Positions 14,601-26,100 of a stretch of 64,000 bases of DNA are shown one piece after another. Both the position numbers and the translations under genes were made by a program. Within the stretch, counting starts at the first letter, position 1. Each line of letters opens with the position of its first letter. Source of the stretch: Takakia lepidozioides (lineage: Eukaryota; Plantae; Bryophyta). The stretch spans positions 18,662,001 through 18,726,000 of the forward strand of contig CM060731.1 in NCBI GenBank assembly GCA_030704615.1, in the 5' to 3' direction. The notes under the pieces were generated by a model that was not told the origin of the DNA, made no database searches, and worked only from the letters and a program-made list of their open reading frames with translations.

Positions 14601-15000
14601 ATAGTCTGGTCAAGTTTTCTACTGCACTCACTCTCTATATGCCCTAGTACCTTGCAAAAGTTGCATCTCACACCACACATTTCCGTGGAATGCCCAAACC
14701 GGTGACATTTGTCACACTTAGCTTGGGTTCTTCCTTCAGGACAATATGTAGCTATGTGACCTTCTTTATGACAAACGTTACAAAGGCGAACACGAGGAGG
14801 TGTTCTAGATCCAGAGCTTTCTCCTATGACTGGTCCCCTATCAAAGTACTTCTGTAGGGTAGTGTTTAGCTGATCAAGTCTTCTGTCCACAAGGTTGACA
14901 AACACAACTGACTCATCTGTATCATCTCCTTCCAATGGCTCTAGAGGTATTTCCCCCAACTTTCCCAGGCCCCTCTCAATCTCAATGGCTGTCTCAAGTG
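11665..15000 (-). mobile_element. Older Ty3/Gypsy element (family 2), gag-C/PR/RT/RH part; cut on the left by the family-1 element and on the right by MULE A
   Basis: RNase H (LDVDWS, EGECYA, TDHKPL), RT (LDLQSGFWQ, FVDD), protease (IDTGA) and CCHC knuckles in ORFs 11587-15025(-). Confidence 0.9.
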
Positions 15001-15484
15001 GGGGGTTGCTATTCCATGAGCTCATGAGCGGGCATGGCTAACCCATGAGCCGCAAAGTAACACACTTCGAATTTCGGCAGATTTTTTTCGGGCCAAAAAC
15101 TATAAAATAATCAAAAATCGAAGATTTCCGCGCTCATGCTAGAAGCACTCCGCTCATGAGTACCAGTGTACGCTCATGACTTGGAGCCCAGGCTCATGGA
15201 CCGCCAGGCCAGGTCATAGAATAACTGAATTCTGGGCAATAACGGCACCGAAATTATCCCAGAGGCAGAGACGCAAGCGGAATTAGGATCCGGGTTTGCA
15301 GACTCCGAAAACGCAATGGCGACCTATAACCGTGTATAGTACTATTGCAGAAGTGCAGGATGGTTGGGTATAACGACGCCGTAATTGGGCACAGGAAAAG
15401 AAATAGCGGGCTGAAGGCTCGGGAGTGAAGCCAACAACGGTGACTCTGCCAACCAAATACCCGGCTGCATCCTCCGGAGTGCAG

Positions 15485-15695
15485 GCGATAACGGCGCCGA
15501 AATGGGCCCCGGAAACCAAATACTCGGCTGAAGCCACCAGAGTGCAGCCGATAACGGCGCCGAAATTGGGTCCGGAAACCAAATACCCGGCTGAAGGCTG
15601 GGGATTGCAACCAATAATGGCGCCGAAATTGACCTGCGGAAACAAAATTCTCGGCTGAAGCTTCCGCACTCCATGTAATAACGGCGCCGAAATTG
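15485..15695. repeat. Left subterminal array of element A: ATAACGGCGCCGAAAT units, 63-64 bp period
   Basis: GGCGCC cores at 15493, 15556, 15619, 15683. Confidence 0.85.
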
Positions 15696-15815
15696 GGCGT
15701 CGGAGAGCAAATACCCGCCTTACGGTGAGGGAGGCCTTGCTCTCATTTTGCTCTTCACTCTTCTCTGTTGTGCCCATCTCCTCCCTGCTTTGAGTTCGTG
15801 CTGTGTCGTGAGGCC

Positions 15816-16367
15816 ATGTCGTGCCCGAATCACATCTATCGACGCCAGACGGGAGTCATTTTCCCGAAAGCAGACGACATCATTGTCTTCCTGGATGTTT
15901 ACAGGGACGATCCTCGACTTGTCCAGCTGAGAGCAATGGAGTTTCTTGCAGGATTGCACGATTCTCCTGGACCCCGGCTGGGGAGCAGGTGGTTCCTACG
16001 CATCATGGACCTGGACTTTCCGCATGTGTGGGAGCCGAACAGATCACGCACAGCGTTGCTGTATCGCTGGAATTGTTGCGAGTGGACGTATGATGAGTGC
16101 ATAGGTGAAAACTTTACGCGTGGACGGACTGGCTCGGAAAGTGGGGACATTCTCTTCAGTTATGAGGATGAGGAGGAGGGGAACACAGGGCCCACTGTGA
16201 AAATGTCCTTCTACCAAGGGGGCGCTATCGATAAACACGACATCCTCGTTAGTTTCAACCGGGCGACAGAAACCACTGACATTTTGTTCAAATATAGGCA
16301 CCCGGTCACTGAGGAGGTCCTTGAGAGGCCAGTTCGAGTTCCTTCTTCTTGGGCGAGGGGACCATAG
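15816..16367 (+). CDS. Unknown 183-aa cargo ORF of element A
   Basis: Uninterrupted ATG-TAG ORF with globular-looking composition, convergent with the transposase; no counterpart seen in element B. Confidence 0.45.
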   Translation: MSCPNHIYRRQTGVIFPKADDIIVFLDVYRDDPRLVQLRAMEFLAGLHDSPGPRLGSRWFLRIMDLDFPHVWEPNRSRTALLYRWNCCEWTYDECIGENFTRGRTGSESGDILFSYEDEEEGNTGPTVKMSFYQGGAIDKHDILVSFNRATETTDILFKYRHPVTEEVLERPVRVPSSWARGP

Positions 16368-17021
16368 GTCTTGCATGCTAGAGTAGACATGTTTCAACTC
16401 GCTGACACTCATGGCACATACATTTTCATTCAGAAATCAAGCAGCTTCCCTGTGCCATATGGGGAATATACATGCTTCGATAATCTTCTGTTAAGGTTTT
16501 TTGCAATTCACTGCCAGTATGCTGGGACGTGTCCTTTGTCGTATGGATTGTTGTTTGCACAAGGTGCAGTATGCAAATGCTGGAATGTGCAGTAGGACCC
16601 TTCCCACTGGGACACAGAACTAGCAATCTTGTAAAGGCATCACATTTGCAGAACAGTAACAATGTATTTGTAGCAAATTGGAGTCTTCTCATAAAGGTGG
16701 ACGAAAACGCCAGGATGGGCTGCGAAATCACTACAAATTGAAGGAAGAGCAGTAACAAGGAAGCACTATGCAGTACACAGACCATAAATGGCGCTGAAAT
16801 AGGCCCAATGCCCGTTAATCTCCACACAATGTATGCTTTACTCGGATCCATTTGTAGACAACCAAAATAAAAAAAGCATGCGCATGCCATTTGCGGCACC
16901 GAAATTCACATGTAGCCATGGCGATGCGGCACCACCAAGTGTATAATTCCTCACAAAAAAATAGGGTGCAAGAAGATGAATGTAATATAATTGCCACTTT
17001 CTCCTTCCCGAATGTGGAATG

Positions 17022-20000
17022 TCAAGCAGTCCGACCAGTATCCTGCCGTAGGGCCTTGTGCAGCTCGTTGAAACTCAGTGTTGGAGCATGGATGAAGACG
17101 TCCACTGCGGATATGCAACTCATGCGCTTCATAAAAATGTAATAAAGGTGTTTGCAGGGGACGTATGCTGCATTCTTCGATTCCATAACAAGGAAGTCCT
17201 CACAGTTGCAAGCTGGGTACTGTGAAACCGTGATTGCATACACGACACTGCGCGCAGCAGACCCGGCTGTTGACAACTGAAATATGCGCCCCATCCCGGG
17301 GTGAGGAACATCCCTGCAACCTTGCACTATGCAGGGCATTGCAAGAGCGTTGGCCATCCTGGTGTCGTTCGCCTTTGTTGGTGGCCGCCGTCTTTTCAGT
17401 TTCCCCCACCGATGGGTGGGCCAAGCTGCGGGGTCACCCACCGGTATGCGGGGCGAAGAGCTTCTCGTGGGAGGAGGATGACGATTGGGAATTGGATTTC
17501 GTGGAACGTCTGTCCTCTCCACCAGTCGAAACCCTGCACTTCCTAGAGCGTCTGCCTCCTCCAGGGTAAGATCTGTACCACTTGCCACAGGCCAGACTGC
17601 CGGTGGTTCAGGCATGCCTTGTACACCATACTTGGGCTTGCCGAACACACACGACATGATGTCGTGCCTGCAGAACCAAAACTCCTTCAGTGTGGCCTCC
17701 ACAAACTTTGCGCACACAAATCTCCCTGTGAAGCAAGGGGCAGGCACACCGCCCTGCGGGCTCCTCCGAATCATCTCATTGCATCTCTGGTTGGTGTCGA
17801 CACGAACAGCACAACATTTGCCACGAAATGTCGGACGGGTCCGTGCAATTCTCCACTGCGAGGCCGACACATCTCGCTCCACGATTGGAATGTTGTATTG
17901 GGTAACGAAAACAGGAGCAACATGCCCATCCTCGGCATGTTGTCCCGAGTCTGGCAGCGATTCCATGGATGCTGCAGGAGAGGGGGTACGAGTCCTGCTT
18001 CGTGGAGGCGTGGGACGCAACATCGTTGCGCCCCGAGGTTGAGTGCGGATGTTCATATCTGATCTCCATGAATCCCCATCCCCTCCGGGCATGTCCTCAA
18101 TTCTTCTCTTCACCGGCCGGCTGCGGACATCGCCCTCCAGGCAGTTCCCCCGACTGTGTAACGGCGTTGACCTTATTGTTTCCCGCAATGCAGCAGTCCA
18201 TTTTTTGGGATCGGTCGAACGATGCGCCGCCCTCATCAGCATCTCCTGCCTGTCTGGTCCGATACCCCATTGCTTTCCTCCCAGAAACTGGTAGTAATGA
18301 GATTGTTGCATGATGGCCCTCACAATATCTTCTGTTGTTGCTGTCAACATGTCAACGAGATGTGCTGCAGAGGAAGCACGCCAGGAAGAGTGCACCGATT
18401 CGGCCATGTTCGTCGTCGGCATATCCGTGTCATCCTCCAAGCTCATGTCCTGTTGAAGGAAATTAGATATGTCACTGATTGTGGAGAATGTCCAAGCACA
18501 AAACAGAACAATTGTCAAGTACAGAAATGTGTTACCTGTCTCATGTAGTCTCCAAACTGGCGGAATCTATAATGCCACCACGCAAGCCACGTTTGCAGTT
18601 CTGGCTGATCTTTCACATCCACTGCCCCTGAAGACACCCACCAGGCGCGTATGGTTGCAAACTCGGTCTCCGCCTCGTCGATGGAATTCGCATTTTTCCA
18701 CGCTAGGCACATACTGATATGATCCTGCCGGTGGCGTGACGCCACGAACCTTTTCGTGTTTTGCGTCAAACTCTGCATGAAGTGGAACCCGCAAGATCTC
18801 TCCTTTCCTTCCATTGGAGTCTTTGGGTCGTCCCCATATACCCTCCTAACTGCAGCCCAGTTTGCCTGGGCATTGTCAGCCATGAAGCCCCTAAAATCGG
18901 GAGGGGGCAACTTGGCTCTCGCCATTTGCTCATTAATTCCGCGCCACATATGCAACTCCGAATCTGTGTCTTCTCCCTTCATTTCGCAGATAGCAATGGT
19001 CATCAACTTTCTGCAATGTGGGTCGTATACATGTGCCCCCATTGTCACCCAATCGTGGTTGGTAATTCGCCGGATGTGGTCGAACATGACCCAACAATTT
19101 GAAAGGTCTCCACTGGTCATCCGCTTCACCAAATCGACGCCGCTCCCCGGTCCGCACGTTGACATCTTAAATATGAAGCACCTGTCCGTCTCCGAGCCTT
19201 GACCAGGAAAGAAGCTGCCTTGGATGAAGTCGTAGCCGCATGTGCGCTTCACTTCCAAGATGGAGTGCATGTCTGATCCTCTTCCGATTCGTTTCTTGCA
19301 GCTGACAATGTGGTTCCTGACATTGGGGCTGCACACATGGGAGACAGCTTCCAGCAGGTCCTTCATGTCCCCCTCGCCCAGCTTCTCTCTTGTGCTTCCG
19401 TCCTCCGACATTATTCTGCCAATTGCAATCCTATGTGCCGATGCGAGCTGTATCTGCTTTGGTTTTGCACCCGGCCTCAACCTCACCTCCTCCTTGATAA
19501 TATCCTGGGCTTGTTGAAAAGCGACTCTGCAATTGCCTCTGGCGAGGGGGTGCTCATGCTTTCCGATGTGAATGCATGCTCTGGTGCACGCTGGGCCGAC
19601 GGTCCCGACGTAGTACTGCTTGGCGTTGCACACTGCCATGCACGTAGGGGCTGCGTTGCAATGGGCACACTTGAACGTCCCTGCAGGAACTCTACCTTGA
19701 GGCCAAAATGGGGTCGACGAATTGCCAATCCAGTCAGTCTCATTCCTGGTGCCTTTGCTAGTGTAATGGTAACATGTGCTCGAGAAACATTTAAGATGCC
19801 CAGCACACAATACATATCTCACTCGAACTCCATCACCCAGGTTGGACGATGAAGTTTTGGTGACACACCAAGGGTGGCCGTCATGTTTCCTGTTCATTCC
19901 TGCGAGCATGCCGTCTGGGCCTGCGCCTGCCGGCACTGGAGGGAACTCGTAGATAGCATTCCCATCCACAACATCAGGCAAAGTTTCCACAGAATGGATT

Positions 20001-20620
20001 GGAGTTTTGTCGTAATCAAGCCTAAGAAGGTCACTGGAGCGGGAACCCGTTGTCTTCATCCTCCGCAATATGTCGATTACTGAGCGGACGGAAGTTGAGT
20101 CGGACGGTGTATGCTGAACACTCCTAGTGACGGACGACTTCGAAACATACGATGGAAGGACCATACAGTCTTCATCGTCACTGGATAAGTCGTGGACGAC
20201 TGTTTCCCTGTTTTCCTGGATTTCCCTTTTCACATGTTTGGGCTTCTCTGCTTGTGAAGAGGTGCCCACATCCTTCACATCTTGCACGCCAGACCCTCTT
20301 GTGGAAGGAGGATCAACCAAGTTCCAGCGTGGGAACTCTTTAGGCACGATTTCACCAATGGCACTGTACCGGATGGATTCAGAAGCTGGGAGCCGCCACT
20401 CTTTGCCTTTTCCGAAATCTGCATGCAGAATGACGGCACTTTCCAGAAAATTTCCATAAGCATCCTTCGTCTCCTCTTCCAAAAACACCGTTCCAGGGCG
20501 GAGCCCGAACTTCACACACAAGTACTGCTCAGTGACAATCGCAAATCCTTGGTCGCAGGGTATTTTAGCTTTCAGAGAATCAGGATGGAAGTACACGTTG
20601 ACCCAAACACGGGAGTCCAT
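17022..20620 (-). CDS. MULE (MuDR-type DDE) transposase of element A, 2 exons (20620-18536, 18449-17022), ~1170 aa, apparently intact
   Basis: GCM/WRKY-like Zn domain (HDGHPWCVTKT...CAGHLKC...CIHIGKHEHP); D1 WVMFDH; D2 FMADNAQA; CGFH (CxxH); E in TTNMAES; SWIM CNCEDF..PCKH. GT-AG intron at the same position in element B. Confidence 0.9.
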
Positions 20621-20807
20621 TTTGAAGACGGGACCTCTCGGTACGCTCCGCAGCGAAGTCCTGCAATGAGAAGAGTGTGTCCTACCTAATAACACAAATG
20701 ATTTTCTGGAGGATTCCGTATCCAACAGGATGGGTGATCAGTGCACGTAAAGATGAAGGTGTGTAACGTACGTTAAAAAAACGGACGAAAACAGCAAGTT
20801 CACATCG

Positions 20808-22620
20808 GATATTTGGTGCCTGAATTGTAATGTACAACCACTTGGGGTACAATAAATCAGGCCTTCCCATGAATTTCGGCACCGAAATCTGGATGAACAT
20901 CTCTGTCATGTAACAGCTTTGGAAGCCAAGGGATGAATTCTGGCAACAGAAATCGTAATTTGTTTACCTCATTAAACTGACCAAGCACCCAACGGATGGA
21001 TTTCGGTGCCGAAATTCGGATGAACTTCTTCTTCATTAAATTGTATCTGCACATATGGGTTGAATTTAGATGCCAAAATACGGATGAATGTGTTCCTGAT
21101 TACAGTCGTGATTCACCACGTGTCCGGATATCGGTGCCGACTTCCGAATGACAGTAATCCTGATTCGGCAGAATGGATGTATTTCGGCGCCGAAATTCAT
21201 TCTTCATCTCCTTTTCCGACCCTAATTCTGCTGCCCTGCGGATGGATTTCGGTGCCAGAATTCATCGGAAGTCCTTTCTGTTTTTATTTTTCTTTGCGAC
21301 AGATGAACTTTGGCGCCGAATCTCATCCAAGTACTCCCTTTTAATTTTCCTTTTTCTTCGCGAGCAATGAATTTCGGCGCCGAAATTCAACCAAAATCCT
21401 CCCGATTTTTTTTTTTCTTCGCGAGCATTGAATTTCGGCGCCGAAATTCATTCCAAGTCCTCCCGAAATTTTTTATTTTCCTTCGCGAGCAATGAATTTC
21501 GGCGCCGAAATTCATCCGAAGTCCTCCCGAATTTTTTTATTTTCCTTCGCGAGCAATGAATTTCGGCGCCGAAATTCATCCGAAGTCCTCCCGAAATTTT
21601 TTTTTCTTCGCGAGCAATGAATTTCGGCGCCGAAATTCAGCCGACTTCATCCCTCCAAATTCTTTTCAGGGTTTGAGCGCCGGATTTCGGCGCCGAAATT
21701 CATCCAATGCCCTCCCTCCAATATTTATTTTTCTTTGAAATGGATCAATTTCGGCGCCGAAATTCATCCTTACTGTCCGCAATGAGTAACTCTAATATTA
21801 CATTTTCTATGCGACGGATGAATTTCGGCGCCGAAATTCGTCCAAACCCGGCACTTACTTTTTGCTTTTGGATGATAATTTTCCGTAAATCGTTGGAAAT
21901 ACCCCGTTCCGACGAATATAACAGGAATATTCTGCATTTAATGGAGAAATCGGCATATTAAACCACTTCTGTCAAAATTAATTGCATTTTAGCCGTTTTT
22001 TTTCATTTGAAACCGACAGTATCCATTAAGTGGTCTTTTTCGCACGGGACGTTGCCGCACATAAAGTATAATTTCGGCGCCGAAATTATAGTTAAATGTC
22101 CACAAATGGCAAGTCCAACAGGCATGGACAGCATCCGTCAGGGGCAATGATGGCGGCAAAGCATAGCATGGTGCCGATTTAGTCTTCGCTCTGGATGAAT
22201 TTCGGCGCCGAAATATGGATGATTTCACCTCGTCTACGCGCGGACGGAGATATTCGTAATGAATTTCGGCGCCGAAATATGGATGAAATGTGCCCAAGTG
22301 CAGCCGTTTCCGTTGTCCCGGAATTAATTCCGGCTCCGATATCCCACTGACAGGTTTGCTCATGACGAATGAGGACTTGGGAAGCGATGAATTGCGGCGC
22401 CGAAATTTGTAAGTTTGTGTATGAAAGCACTTGAATAGGATGAATTTCGGCGCCGAAATTCATCCGTCCGCTGATGAAACGTACCGACCTGACTGTTGAA
22501 TGTCATATGCAGGGGATTTTCATGGCGGTTGGGTTTCATGATGTGCGGATATTTCATTCAATGCCGGCTGCTCCGGGAACAGCATCCGGTGAACGGAAGG
22601 TATTTCGGTGCCGCAATTCG
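20808..22620. repeat. Intergenic array (~20 copies) of the palindrome (A)ATTTCGGCGCCGAAAT(T) between the divergent genes of element A
   Basis: Cores (some degenerate) at 20815, 20878, 21005, 21133, 21186, 21251, 21312, 21376, 21437, 21501, 21565, 21626, 21689, 21753, 21827, 22076, 22204, 22268, 22396, 22449, 22607. Confidence 0.92.
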
Positions 22621-23128
22621 GATAAACCGTCTGTACTGGTGGCTGGAACTGGCACGCGTCGTGTTCCAGTCGACTTCATCCGTGCGAACGTGTCAGGGGT
22701 CACAATCTCTTCATCACCCATACGGCAGAAAGTGGTGGACGGTGGCAACGCTTCGGGAGACGTGGCTGCTTACGCATCTGCTCGTGCATAGTGGTTGCAT
22801 GTTCCACCGCTTCGCTCTCTCGCTCCTTGCCCTTCTGCAGTGACGTTCTCCTGCGTTTCCTCTCCTTATGCGGCATAGTGGTAGCATAGAGTTTGTGGAA
22901 GGTCAGGCGACTCCGGCAAAGAGAGGAGGACGCGGGATTTTGGGAAGCCGCCGACGACACGACTTAAGCTCCGTCTCATGCATGAAATGCAGACCTCGTT
23001 ATCCGGAGACTCGGATCGCCCACCAGTGAGAGATTCGTGCTTCGCGGATGTGAAGCACTCCATACGCAATATTCCTTTTACACCTTTTTTTTGGCGTGCA
23101 GTGTCTCATGTTTTCCTGTTTGTTTGAC

Positions 23129-26100
23129 ATGGGAGCTGGGGAGGGATCGCAGGGGGGCGAGGCAACACAGTCAACTTTGGATACTCCTGCCCGGGTGCTG
23201 CGCTCACAAGGTGGAAGTGCATCGAGGCAGACGAGTCCTCATTCAACACCTCAGATATCGCCTCCGAAAAGCCCACCTAGAGTTCGGAAGCCGAGAAAGC
23301 AGAAGGAGCCCATGGCTTCGCCAGTAAAACCCCTAGGGAGACTGGAAGCGGAGATATTGGGTTTGCAGTCAATTTCAGAAAACACAGATGCGGTGGAGGC
23401 CGCTGGAGATGTGGGAGTCGGATCTGCAGAAGGGCGGCCCATTCAACTGACAGAAGGAGAGGACGATAACGTGGTACGACTTGGCGACGATCAGAACCTG
23501 CTGGAGCTTGCGGAGGAGCAAAACCTCCAGGACAGTACACAGGCTGGTGAGAGGGGTGAGGGAAGTGACAGAGGTGATACAAGTAAGAAACTGGTGGCGG
23601 GTATGCTCATGAGCGCACGAGACATGAACATAGCAGCAAACAGGTTGCTGGCAGAGACTCATAGCAACATAGGCCGCGTTTTGGGCTCCATGGTGTATCC
23701 GGAGAACCTCAAAGTTCCTTTGTGTCGCATGGTAAGCCTTCCAGTTGTAAGGCAAGCACTGCCAGGGGATATCGATCGACTGAAGCACAACTTCAGAGAA
23801 GGGTACAGACGGGGGTCGGCAGCATTCTACGTTTCCATTGAGAATGACCAGGGTGTCACAAGGGGCCCCACTGCAGAGGAGCTTCAGAATTGGGGCCCCC
23901 ACTGGCACACTGTTAATGCCGAGTTTGAAGCCTATCTGAAGACTAATCCCACATTCGCACACATGGAAGGGAAGATGTTCTTCGTTTGGGACGGGAACCA
24001 CAGGATGCTTGCCTGGACAGAGTACATTGCTGAAATGCATCCGCAAGATATCAGTTGGCATTACATGGTGGACTGCATTGTCGTGAAGGTGGACGTCAGG
24101 GACAGAGGACTGTTGAAGGGTGCCATGGCGGATATAAATCTGTAAGTATACAATTACATCCTTGTGTACTGCCTATTGCGGCGCCGAAATAGGCAATGTT
24201 CACCACTGTCATGCACTCTATGAACTGGAAATTGGATTGCTGTGCCGAAATCATATTTTCATGTTGTTTTTTTTCTCCATGGCAGGGTAACAGAGAGGGC
24301 CTTCGTGGAAACTCATCTGGCACATACGCTCTACAGAGTGCAAGAAGTGGGGACAGCTCCGCTGACGGACTTCCAAAAGTCCCTCGATCCCGAGCTGTAC
24401 AGGAAGTCCCTAGCGAAAGCAGATCGCACCTGGTACCGACCAACACTGGACGCCATGGTGGAGATCCTCTATTCGGTGAGGTTCATCTCAAATTTCAGTA
24501 TCAATTTAATGTTATTTGTTGCAGGGATCCGTGGCCTGACTGTATCTGCTGGGTATGGGAATGCAGACGAACATCAGGGATGACTTGGCCTATGCCAAAA
24601 GGCAGTTCTTTGAGAATGATGCCCCCAACAAGGCGGACGCGTCGATAGAGAGTCATATTGTGCAGGCAGGGAAGCAATCCCGGACCAAGTACAGGTCCAA
24701 ACTTGTTAAGCAAGTTGCAATCGCTGACCCTGGTCTTGGTGCCGAGTTCCTGGCGGAGATAGGACTGCATTACTCCAGACCCATGAAACCGGAAATGTCC
24801 ATGGAGAAACTTCATCACATCGCAGTGTCCTGTGTTGAGCCGGCGGAGAAGGTAAGCATGTGTTTATTCTTGTTTTGTGACTTCTCGCGATTCTTATGTT
24901 GGAGTTCTTGTCTGACCGATGTGAGGTGGCTGCAGACGAGGTGGCTGCGAATCTGGAACGGCCATACAAACACGAAGCTGCTGTACCACTTTCCCATCGA
25001 GCCAACAGACGACAAAATGAACGACTGGCTCAATGTCATGACTTGGTGGCATCAGGTATAATTTTCTCCTATTCTGTGTTGGACATCGTCGCAATTTCAA
25101 AATCATGAATGTTTTGGAAACCTGCCATGATGCAGGTACTGACCCACGCCCAGGAGCAATTGGACTGCAACACCACCACTTTCAAGTTACAGATCGACTG
25201 GACGAAGCCTGAGACAATGGAGAACTACGTGCAGTCGTGGCGAGGGCGCTTCGCAAACCTCTTTTTCAGAGAAATTGCAAAGGCAAGACGCAGCGTATAC
25301 ATCGAAGAGCAGGAGGGTGCCGACAAAGCGGCAATGCGTGTCCTGTTCAGGTAATCTGCTGACAATGCATCCCCCTATTTGCAGTTTAGATGATTTGGTT
25401 AAGCAGCGATGGATATTGCGGCGCCGAAATATACCTCTGCAAGATGTTCTGGGTAATTGGGGCACGGTCCACTCCGTATTTCGGTGCCGAAATACCTTGT
25501 GCATTGACAACTTCCACTTGCATGATGCATCGGTAGAATGATTTTTGTTGAACTGCCTCGTGATTGCAGGTACATAAACTTTGCACTCATTCCGTCCGGA
25601 GCCATTCAAAGGGTTCCACCATTCTTCCTGGCGTGGAGGACACCTGGAGGTCGTGGAACGATGTACACAGAAGTAATGGCGAAGGAGTGGCATGCCGAGC
25701 ATTTGGTAGACTGCCCCTGGTATGTGGATCTCCCAAGTGGGACCGTTGACCTCTCGGAGGTTAACTTGAAGAAGGAAGCGAATGCCAGGGCTATGAAGGC
25801 GCAATCGGATCCCCAACCAGAGGACGCGGAAAGACTGAAAGCAGAGGAGGCAGCCAAGCAGAAAGCACTGAGAAAGTCAGCCAAGGCGGCAGCGTTGGCG
25901 AAGGAGCAGATGGAGAAGCAGGCAGCTGAGCAGCCCAAGGACAGGAAGAAAAGAACGCGCAAACAGGGGCAAGAGACGAAGACCCCCACACCCAAGAAGA
26001 AGAAGCAGCAACACAGTCAGCCAGATGAGGAGGATTCGACGACGATTTCCAGCAGGAAAACACCCAGGGGGCCACACCTCGTCCGAAAATTCACAAGGGC

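Noticed and set aside
20808-22620. CRISPR-like appearance (palindromic repeat with regular-length spacers); likewise 37738-38170
   Set aside because: No cas genes, eukaryotic intron-containing context, many spacers are themselves repeats, and the motif also occurs singly in introns.
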